A stretch of DNA of 64,000 nt from Paragordius varius (taxonomy: Eukaryota; Animalia; Nematomorpha). Made by a program: the position numbers and the translations under genes. The DNA lies in the NCBI GenBank assembly GCA_964247055.1, contig OZ176060.1, positions 744,001-808,000 of the forward strand. The letters are read 5' to 3'. Below are positions 13,601 to 24,639 of the stretch, one piece after another. The number at the start of each line of letters is the position of its first letter. The stretch's first letter is position 1. The notes beneath the pieces are model-generated. The model saw only the letters and a list, made by a program, of their open reading frames with translations, was not told where the DNA came from and ran no database searches.

Positions 13601-16600
13601 TTTAATTTTTTTAGTACTTTTTTGTTAATAAAAATAAATAATAATTTTTTAAAATTAAAAAAAAATTATTTTAATTTTATTATTTTTTTAATACTTTTAT
13701 TATTTAGAAATTATTTTTTTATTTTTTTAATTTTATTTATTCTTTATTTATTTTTTAATTTTTTAGTTTATATAATTATTTTAATAAATCAATTTATTTT
13801 TTTAGTATTAATTTATAAAAAAATATATAAAAAATTATATTTTTAAAAAATAATTTTAATAATTTTTTTTTCACAAAAAATTAATTATTTTTGTTTTAAT
13901 ATCTTTAATAAAGTTAATTATTTTATTTTATTTTTTTTAAACATTATTTTATTTTTAATTTTTTATTTAAAAATTAATTAATTAAATTTTTTAATACAAT
14001 ATAAATAATTTTATTTATTTAAATTTTTTAGTTTTTGTTCAATTTATTTTGATTAAAATATATATATTTTTTAAATTAAAATATTTTATTAAATTTTTTA
14101 TTTTATTTTTTTTATTAATTTTTTATTTTTTAATAATATATAAATAATTTTATTTATAAAAATATAAAAATTAAATATTTTTTTTAAATTTTTTAGTTTT
14201 TGTTCAATTTTTTTTAATTAAAATATATATATTTTTTAAACATTAAAAATATAAAATTAAATTTTTTTAAAAAATTATCATTTTTATTTTTTAATAATAT
14301 ATAAATTTTTTTAAATTATATATATAAAAATTAATTATGTATAAAATAAATTTTTTTAAAAAATTTTCTTATTTTATTTTTTTTAATAAAATAATAATAT
14401 TTATTAAAAATATAAAATAATTATTTTTATTTTTTTTTATTTAAAAATAATTAAAATAATTAAATTATTTTTTTAAAAATTATTTATTTTTTAAAAAATT
14501 AATTTTATTTTATATTTTATGAAATTAATTATTTAATTTATTATAATTTTTATTTATATTTAATAGATAATTTTAAAAAGAATAAAAATAATTATTTATT
14601 TTAAAAAAATAAAAAATTTAATTTTTTTAATTTAGTTTTTATATTTTTTAATAAAAAAAAATTACTTTAATTTTTTTTAGTTTTTGTCCCAATGAGCATA
14701 ATGGCAATGAATATGGATGAATGGCAATGCGAATTTGATGTAAAATTATTTTTATTTAAAATCAGCTGTTTTTTTTAAAAAAAATTTATTTTTTAAATAT
14801 TTATTAAAAATTAAATATTTAAAATTAAGTATATATTAAAACAAAAAAATTAAATTTATTAATATAAAATATATATAATTTTATAAATTTTGAAAATTAA
14901 AATATTTAAGTTTTTAAAAAAATATTTAAATATTTAATAATATTAATTTTAATTAAAAATTTTATTTATAATATTTTAATTCATTAATTTAATAAAATAT
15001 AATATATTTAAAATTTTAAGTTTTTATTAAAAAAACAGCTGTTTATTAAATATTTTTAATTAAATTATATTAAAAATTTAAAATCTTTAATATTTTAATA
15101 AAATATACTATTTTCATATTTTTCAAAAACAGCTGTTTTTTAATGAAAAATATAATTATTAATATAATTTTTTATATAAATTATAAAATTTTAGTTTTTT
15201 TTATAAAAATTATAAATATTTTTATAAAAAAATTATTTTCCAAACAGCTGTTTTTTAATTAAAGAAATAATATTTTTTCCACTAGAGTATGAAAATAAAT
15301 GCAAACAGGAAAGAAATAAATTTTGAATGCAAATCAGCTGATGGAATATATCCTGTGCCTGGAAAGAATTGTGTTTGGTAAATTAAATTTATTTTTAAAA
15401 AAAAATTTTTTTTTTATAAAAAAATTTAAAAATAATTTTATAAAATTTATTTTTTATAAAAAAAATAATTTAAAAATTATTTAAAATTATTTATAAAAAA
15501 ATATTTTAATTAATTAAAAAAATATAAATTTTAAAATATATTTATATTTTATAAAAATTATTTATAAAAAAATATTTTGATAAATTAAAAAAATATAAAT
15601 TTTAAAATATATTTATATTTTATAAATTTTAAAAAAATTTAATTTAAATGATATTTTTAATTTATTTTTTAATAAAAAATTAAAATATTTTTTAAAAAAA
15701 TATATCTTAAAAACTAATAAAATAATTTAATTAAATTATAATTTTTAATTAAAATTTTTTAAAAAAAAAAATTTTCCAATAATAATTTTTTTTTTGAAAA
15801 AATTAAAATTAATTATAAATTAAATTATTTTTTAAAAATTTTATTGATTACATTTATATTTTTTATTTTTTATAAATTTTAAATAAATTTTTTTTTATAA
15901 ATTTTAATATTTTATTATATAATTTTTTACATAAATTTATTTATTTTTGAAAATAATTAATTAAATTTATATATATATAAAATTATATAAATAAAATATT
16001 TAAAAAAATGGTTTTAATAATACAAATAATTAATTAAATTTTTTTATAAATTTTTTTAAATTAAATTAATTTATTTAAAAAAAAATAATTTTAAATATTT
16101 TTAAATTATTTTTAAATTAATAAAAAATAAAAAAAATTAATAAAAAATTAATTATTTTAAAATTTTTCCTATAAAAAATATTTAAATTTTTTACAAATAT
16201 AAATATTTTTATTTTAAAATTAATAATTAATATAAAAAATTATATTTTATTTTTAAAAAATTTAATATTTTTTATATAAATTTATTATTTTTATATTTTT
16301 TTTTTTAAATTAAATTTATTTATTTATAAAAATAATTAATTAAATTTATATATATATATATATATAAAATTTTAAAAAATTAAATTTTAATTAAAAAAAA
16401 TTATATTAAAAATAATTATTTTTGGAAAAATAATTTAAAAATAAAAAATAATTAATAAAATTTATTTTAAAAATAAATAATTTTGGAAAATTAATTCAAA
16501 AATAAATATTGTTTTGTAAATAAATATTTTTATAATTATAAAAATTATTTTTTTATTTTTAAAATAAAAGAATTTTTTAAATAATTTTTATTAAATTTAA

Positions 16601-17002
16601 TTCTTTTTTAAAAAAAATATTTTATACAAAAAATAATATTTAAATAAAATTTAAATTATTTTTTTAAATATATAAACATCTTAATAAAAATTTTTTAACT
16701 AAATTTAAATTAATTTATTGAAAAATTTTTTTTATAAAAATTATATATTTTATTAAATAATATAGTTATTTATTAATTTTTTTTTTAAAAAATAATTAAT
16801 TAAATTTATATATATATAAAATTTTATAAAATTTAAAAAAATATTTTTTTTTAAATAAAAAAAATTTTTTTAATTTATTTTTTTCAGGTATGTTGCCTGT
16901 TCCAATTTCTATGCTTGGTTCATGTGTTGTCCACATGGAACACTTTTTGATGTTCGGTCAAACATTTGTGAAACAGTTGATAAAATAACATGTGATTACT
17001 GA
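4633..17002 (+). CDS. Multi-exon Pro/Ser/Thr-rich protein with C-terminal chitin-binding type 2 (CBM14/peritrophin-A) domain, copy B; 5' end not found
   Basis: Exons 4633-4798, 6672-6734, 7448-7499, 8220-8297, 9131-9189, 9507-9539, 10510-10581, 11530-11583, 12718-12771, 14681-14739, 15286-15377, 16888-17002. All GT-AG and phase-compatible; 897 nt = 298 aa plus stop. C-terminus CKSADGIYPVPGKNCVWYVACSNFYAWFMCCPHGTLFDVRSNICETVDKITC has Cys spacing C-x13-C-x5-C-x9-C-x12-C-x7-C, typical of ChtBD2. Confidence 0.85.
4935..5720 (+). repeat. Intronic reiterations of the 3' end and donor of the first identified chitin-gene exon (copy B)
   Basis: aattttcaaattcctactgattatgattttg|gtat recurs at about 4935, 5203, 5437 (degenerate) and 5665. 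The same is seen in copy C at about 31385 and 31655. Confidence 0.85.
6021..6270. repeat. ~99-bp tandem repeat, about 2.4 copies, intronic
   Basis: aattatctatttatattatataaataattaatcttattaaaaaacagcttattaattaaattgttttaatt begins at 6061 and 6160, with a partial copy at 6259. Confidence 0.8.
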
Positions 17003-17159
17003 AAACAGCTGTTATTGCATTGATATAAATATTTTGAATAAATTTAATAAATAATTTTTTATTTTATATATATATATATATAAAAGTAATTTTTAAATTT
17101 TTTATAAAATACTTATATTTTAGGATATTTTTTAAGATTAAAAAAATTTTAAAAAAAAT

Positions 17160-18385
17160 TGCAAACAGCTGATAAAACAACATGTGATTACTGACAACAG
17201 CTGTTATAATTGAAATTTGATAAATAATTTTAATAAATTCTATAAATATATAATTTATTTTATATATATATAATAATTTTAGAATATTTATATTTTAGAT
17301 TATTTTTTAAGATTAAAATTTTTTTAAAAATATTTGAGAGCAGCTGTTATAATTGAAATTGAAATAAAATTAATTAATAAATTATAATTTTATATAATTT
17401 ATTTATTTGATTATTAAATTTATTAGTATTTTTAATTTATTCAATATATAAATTTTATGTTAATTTCTAAAAAAATTGCAAACAGCTGATAAAATAACAT
17501 GTGATTACTGAAAACAGCTGTTATAATTGAAATTGAAATTTTGAATAAATTTAATATTTTTTATATTTTATATATATATATATCAATATTGTATTTTATA
17601 TTTTTTAATTTTTCTAATATAAAGTTTTAAAAAATTATTAAGAAACAGCTGATAAAATAAGATGTGATTATTGAACGGCTGTTATAATTGAAGGATATTC
17701 AAATAAATTCATTAATAATTATTTATGTTATATAATTTATAAATATATATATAATATTTAATTTTTTAATAAATATTTTTCTTAAAAAAATTTAAAAATA
17801 AATTAAGAAATAGTTGATCAAATAACATGTGATTACTGAAAACAGCTGTTATTGAATTGAAATTTAATAAATAATTTTAATAAATTTTTAATTTATTATA
17901 TATATATATAAATATGAATTTATTATAATATTAATTTTTAATATTTTATTTTATTAATAAAAATTTTTCTTAAAATTAAAAAAAAATTTTAAAATGCGAA
18001 TCAGCTAATAAAATATAACATGTGATTATTGAACAGCTGTTATGATTGAATTAAAATAAATTAATAAATTTTTAATATTTATAATTTATTTAAATATAAA
18101 TATATTTAATATGGAATATAAATATTAGTGATTTTTCTAAATCTATATTTTTAATGATTTTTTAGGACTAAAATTTTTTTCAAAAAAAATTGCGAAACAG
18201 CTGATAAAATAACTTGTAATTACTGACAACAGCTGTTATAATGTAAATAAATAATTGAAATAAATTTATTTATTTGATTCTTAAATTTATTATTTTTTAA
18301 AATATAAAGTATTAATTATTAAATGTTTAAATTTTTTGAAACAGTTGATAAAATAACATGTGATTACTGAAAACAGCTGTCATAT
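17160..18385 (+). repeat. About 8 reiterations of the chitin-gene terminal exon end including the stop codon (copy B)
   Basis: (tgc)gaaacagctgataaaataacatgtgattactga(a)aacagctgttat at about 17160, 17340 (partial), 17477, 17641, 17806, 17995, 18192 and 18338. Confidence 0.85.
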
Positions 18386-19647
18386 TTAAAATTAACTTTT
18401 TGACTAAATTTTAGGTAAATTAATAATTAATATTTTTTTAATATATTAATATATTTGATAAACCTTTAAAATTGAAAAAATAAATAAAAAATTAACAAGC
18501 ATCAGCTGATAATATAAAAATTATTAAAAAATTTAAAAAAGATATTTTTACTTGAAATAAAATTTGGATATATTAAATGAATTAAATAATTATATAAAAA
18601 TATGAATTCTAAAATAATTCATATAAAAAGTGTAATTGTTTATTAAAAATATAAAATATATTATAAACTAATTGTATAAATAAAAAATATTTATAATAAA
18701 ATTTGAATTTGAAATTTATTTACAAATAAATTATTATAAAGTAAAATAAAATTTTTTAAATATTTTTCAAATAAAAATTAAATTAATTGAACAATTAATT
18801 TTAAGAAAATTTAAAAATAATTTTATAAAATATATTATTATTATATATATTTATTGTTAAAATATATAATATATATATAAAATATATATATTATTTTCAA
18901 GTAAATTATAAATATATATATAATGAATTAAAATTAAAAATTTTAAAAAAATTTCATAAAGAATTTTTCTAAAATTTAAAAAAATAAATATTTTTTTTTT
19001 AAAATTTAATTATTTTTAATAAAATAAAATTCAATTTTAATTATTTGTAATAAAATGATATTTCTTTTTTATATTTGTTTTAAATATAATAAAATTATAT
19101 ACGAATAATTTATTAAATAATATTCTTAATAAAATTAATTATAAATCAAATTAAAACTATATATTTAAAAAAATAAAATAAATAATAAACAAAATTGATT
19201 AAAAATTATTATTTAATTAAAATAAATAAAATTAAAACGTAAAATGCGTTTTATAAAGTAAAATTAAAAATTATATTAAATAATATGATAAAAAATATAT
19301 AAATTATATTAAATATGTAATTATTTTAAAAATATTAATTTTTATTATAAAATTATAAATTTTATTTAAAAAAAATATATATATAAATATATTATTATTT
19401 TAAAATAATTTTTTTAATTTAATAGAGTATATATATATATATATATAATGTTTATATTTTGTAAAATATTTTTAAATATAAATATATTAAATAATATAAA
19501 AATTAATTTAACAACATTTAAATTATAATTATTTAAATATAATAAATATTAAATTTATTAATTATTTTATATACTAATATTTTTTAAAAAAAAGTTATAC
19601 ATAAGATTCTTAAAAAAATATAATTTGATTAAAATTAAATTGACTTA

Positions 19648-19678
<31 letters not shown>

Positions 19679-19770
19679 TAAATTGAAATTAAATTTAATA
19701 TAATAAATATTAATAGAATAAATAATTATTTATAATATATTTTATTTTTTTTAATAAATTAAATAAAACT

Positions 19771-19846
19771 AAAACATGCGTTTTTGTTTTCATTCATTTG
19801 TTTGCCGTTTTAAATTTCGAATCGAAAAAGCGCAAAAATATATTTT
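19771..19846. other. 76-bp element identical in both duplicated units; function unknown (regulatory element or small RNA)
   Basis: aaaacatgcgtttttgttttcattcatttgtttgccgttttaaatttcgaatcgaaaaagcgcaaaaatatatttt is 76/76 identical to 50833-50908, while the flanks are poorly alignable. Confidence 0.7.
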
Positions 19847-20402
19847 TATAAAAATATTTTTATTTAATAAATTTATTTTAATTATTTATAAAAATATTTT
19901 ATATATTCCTGGAAAAGTATATTTATATTTATTATAATTTAAATATTTTAATACATTTGTTTAAAATTATTTATTTTTTATAATAATATATATATATTTT
20001 AAATTTTTATTTTCATATTTTAAATAATTATTTATTTTTTACAATGTTTTTATAATTAACTTTAAAATTTAATAAATTATTTATGATTTAAAATATTTCT
20101 GGAAAAGTATATTTATTTCAAACTATATTTTAAAATTTTTAATTATTGATATATTTTCTAAAATTATATCTATATTATTTTAAATTAGATAATTTTTAAA
20201 ATTACTTTATATATTAATATTTGATTAATAATTATCAAAATAAAGCTTCTTTTAAATTTTATTTAAATTTATTAATATATTTTATATTTTTGAATTATTT
20301 TTATTTTCCAAAGTATTTCTTTATTTAATTTTTTTCTTAATAAAATTTATGATTTAAAAAATATTTAATTTATATTATTTAAAAATTAGTTTTAATTAAA
20401 AA

Positions 20403-23400
20403 ATCGTCTGCTTCCACAATTTTAAATTCGTCTGCCCTTTTAAAATATAATTTAATTCAACTATCGTCTGCTTTACTAAAAATAATAACCACCTGTTGTT
20501 AAAAAATTAAAATTAGAAAATTAAATCATCTTCTGCTTTTTCTATATATTTTAAATCGTCTGCCCTTTTGAATAATTCAATTTAACTATCGTCTGCTTTT
20601 TGGTATATCGTCTTTTTTTATAATATTTTAGAAATTTATGATCGTCTGCATTTTTTATAGTAGATTTATAATCGTCTGCTGGTTTAGTAGGTAAATATAA
20701 TTTAAAAAATTATTTATCGTCTGATCTTATTATTGCTGTTCAGAATCTTATAATCGTCTGTTTTTTGTTTTTTCAGGAAATTACTTAATATTCAATCGTC
20801 TGCTTTTTGTATTTTAGTAAATCATCTATATATTTTAATCGTGTGCTTTGTTTAGCAATTTATTTATATATATTCTTCAGCTTTTTTAGGTAATTTAAAA
20901 ATTGATTTTTTGGGTTTTATATTTAATTATCGTCTGCCCTTTCTATGAATGAAAAATCGCCTGCTTTATTGTCTGCTGATTTTTTAAAGGTTAATTATCT
21001 AGAAATTTCGATTTGTCTGATTTTACCATATTATAATCGTCTGATGTTATGACATATAATCATCGTCTGCTTTTAGTATAAAAAGGTGAATATCAAAATG
21101 TTTATTTATAAAATTTTATATATCGTCTGCTTTATTATTGATTTTTGATTGTCTGCTATGTTATGACATCTAATTATCGTCTGCTTTTAGTATAAAATGG
21201 TTATTTTTTTAAATATTTTTTCATAAAATTTTGTATATCGTCTGCTATTTTCTATAAATTTAAAATCGTCTGATTTTTAAGGGTTATGCTGATTTATTAA
21301 AGGTTAATTTTCGTCTGCTTTTAGTTTAAAGATCGTCTGCTTTTATTTTAGTTTAAAATCTTTTACTGTTTTTAGTATTTTTAGATTAAGTACCATTTAA
21401 TTATCGTCTGCTCTTCCAATATATTATAATCGTCTGCTTTACTATAATTTATTGATCGTATGTGGATAAATATCGTCTGATTATACTTAGTTTAACAGCT
21501 GTTTTTATCACATTCGGTTTAACTACTTTTTAATTATTGTCTGCTAATTTTTTTTATTATCGTCTGCCAATTTTTTAAATAATTTTATCGTCTGCTGATT
21601 TTAGGATTCAATGAGAATTACCAATTTTTTTTAGATTTGTTTAATTTTTTTATGTTTTATTATAATTTATTTTTTTATAAAAAAATTTATTTATTTTAAT
21701 TAAATTTTACTTAAGTTTTTTATTTAAAAATTATTTTTTCTCTTAATTTAAAATATTTTTTTATATTAATTAATGTTTATATGTCATTTATTTCAGATTT
21801 TTTTCTATAATTGTCTTCTGCTGTTTTAAAAAAAAATACCTATCGTCTGCTTTTATTAATAATGTTTGATTGTCTCCTATTTGATGGTAATTTAATAGTT
21901 TGTTTGGGCAAATATATGTTTTTCTGATTATCATTTTCTTTTATTATGTTTATTGTCTGCTGATTTTTAAAAAGAAATATAACTATCGTCTGCTCTTACT
22001 AGAAATGTTCGATCGTCTTATTTTACTAGAAATGTTGGATCGTCTGCTCTTTTATGGTAATTAGATATTTATAATCATCTGCTTTTATTATGTTTTGATT
22101 GTCTGCTGATTTTTAAAAATGAAAATTAACTACCGTCTGCTTTTACTAGAAATATATGATCGTCTGCTATTTTATGCTAATTTAAATATTTAATAATCTG
22201 CTTTTCCTGTAATGAAACCGTCAGTTGATTTTTAAAAAATTAGTTTAGATTTTAATAATCATCTGTTTTTAGGAAAAATAATATTCATATCGTCTGCTAA
22301 TTTTTTAAAATATTTTATCATTAAAATTTAAAAATCGTCTGCTATGATGATAATTTAAATATTATTAATCATTTGCTTATATATTAAAATCATCCGTTGA
22401 TTCTCTAAAATAGGTTTAGATATTAATCATCATTTTTTTAAAAATTAATTCTTATCGTCTGCCAATTTTTAAATAAAATCAACTATCGGGCTCTCTTAAT
22501 ACATATTTATAATCGTCCGCTTTTTTAACAAATCATCTATTAATCAAATTATCGTTAGCTTTTACTCTAAATTTATAATCTTCTGATCTTTAGTTATCGT
22601 CTGCTTTTGGTCTTAATTTAGAATCTCTCATTATATAAATCGTCTGCTCATTTTCTACTTAAATTTAATTTGGATATTAAGTCTGCTTCCAAAAACATTG
22701 TAATTGTCTGCTTTTACTTAAGTTTTAAATTTCTGTTTTTAGGATATTTATTTAAAATATTTTTTAATTACGTTGTTATTTCTGGTACTTTAAGTATCGA
22801 CTGCTTGCTATTTTTATTTTTAGGTTTAATTATTATTAAATTATTGTTTCCTATTATTTTATGATCGTCTGTTTCAAGAAAATCAAGAATCGTCTGATTT
22901 TACTGTAGTTTAAATCATCACCTGATTTTTTAATTGATTTATCGTCTGCTATAGTCAGGCTATAAAAAATTTGTAATCGTCTGATTTTATTAAAAAACGA
23001 TTTTCTGTTTTTAGGATATTTGTTTTAATATTATTTAATTATCGTCTGCTTTTACTGTAATATGATCGTCTGATGAGTTTGATTATAGTTTGCTTACATA
23101 ATCATCTGCTTTTACTATTAATACAGTTTGCATATTTTAGCAGAAATATTTTAAAAATATCGTCTGCCTTAACTATATGTTTATTATCGTCTGCTAAATT
23201 TTTCAATTAATTTATCGTCTGCTGATTTTAGGTTAAATCTCAGGAAACCTCTGCACAATTTTTTACATTTGTTCAAATTTTGGATGTTTTAATTTTTATT
23301 AGTTTTTTAAATTAAATTGCTTATTTTAATTTATTTTTTTAATTTAATTTATATTTTGTATTTAAAAATTATTATTTCTTTTATTATATTTATTATATTT

Positions 23401-24627
23401 ATTATAGTTTTTTATGTGATTTATTTCAAATAAACCTATATCGTCTGCCATTTAATTTTAGATATCGTCTGCCTGATATTCACAAGTTCATTTATAATTT
23501 CGTCTGTTTTAGTAAACAACTCGAAAATTTATAATCGTCTGCCTTCACTTTAAAATGAAATTTTAAATTGTCTGCTTATATAAATATAATTACGAGTTTT
23601 ATCGTCTGCTATACAAGATATATTATCGTCTGCTTTTTTATATATATAACTCGTGTCATCTACTTTTCTATTTAAATAATTATCGTCTGCTATATATCAG
23701 TAAACAAGATTATATAAAATCGTCTGCTAATTATTTTTATTAGCATCGTCTGACATACATCAACAAATATTCGTCTGCTTCTTTACATTTATAAAATATA
23801 TTAATCGTCTGCCTCTAATCTATAAATTTCTAGAATCTATCGTCTGTTTTTACACCTTAAATTAATTAAAGTATCCGTTGTATTCGTCTGCCGTAATAAA
23901 ATCGTCTGCTATAAAAATGTTTTTATTGTCTGCCCAAATTATTTGAACTGTAATCGTCTGCTGATTTGATTTTAAATTATTTTATTATCGTTTGCCCTAA
24001 ATTATTTTGGGCAATATTATATATTTTCGTCTGCAGATTTTAATTTGATCTACTAATCGTCTGCCGATCCCACAAATCATATTTATCGTCTGCTCTGTTT
24101 TAAACAAATTTTTATTATATCATCTGATTTTTAACAAAAAGTCTATATTATAAATCGTCTGCCGATATTTACACATAATTATCGAATCTTCTGCTTTAAA
24201 TATATATTTTATTTATATCGTCTGCTTTAAAATATTCAATTTCTATCGTCTGCTAAGTGTTACAAAGTCCGTATTTTTTAATCGTCTGCTCTTGATATAA
24301 TTAAATTTATTGATATAAAATCGTCTGCGGCTTTTAAAAATTAAATTTATTGATTGAATATCGTCTGCTGTTATAAAAATTAAATTTATTGATATAATAA
24401 TCGTTAAAAATTAAATTTATTGATATAATAATCGTCTGCTGTTATAAAATTTTACTTTATTGGTATAATCGTCTGCTGTTAAAATTTTAAATTTATTGAT
24501 ATAATAATAATCGTCTGCGTCTTTTAAAAAATTTATTGATATAATAATCGTCTGCTCCTGATATAAGATTTATATCGTCTGCTTCTGATATAAAATAAAT
24601 AATCGTCTGCTCTTCATATAATCGTCC
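20403..24627 (+). promoter_or_regulatory. Strand-polarised array of ATCGTCTGC(T) motifs upstream of cyclin A copy 1
   Basis: On the order of 100 exact or one-mismatch copies (by eye), essentially all on the + strand, about 30-45 bp apart with variable AT spacers. The last (degenerate) copy lies 12 bp before the ATG at 24640. A regulatory role is inferred from position only. Confidence 0.65.
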
Positions 24628-24639
24628 AAACAAAGCATT

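Noticed and set aside
13622-13846. ORF-track ORFs at 13622, 22670, 27762, 30847 and 48653
   Set aside because: Low-complexity F/I/L/K translations of intronic or array DNA, or off-frame overlaps with real exons.
19776-19846. 76-bp element as a coding first exon (MRFCFHSFVCRFKF on +, or MNENKNA on -)
   Set aside because: No convincing donor or downstream partner exons on either strand. Perfect nucleotide identity, with no silent changes, fits a non-coding constraint or conversion better.
20403-24627. ATCGTCTGC array as a CRISPR array or as minus-strand Ala-Asp-Asp coding repeats
   Set aside because: The repeat is only 9-10 bp, with no cas genes and a eukaryotic context; the minus strand has frequent stops in all frames.
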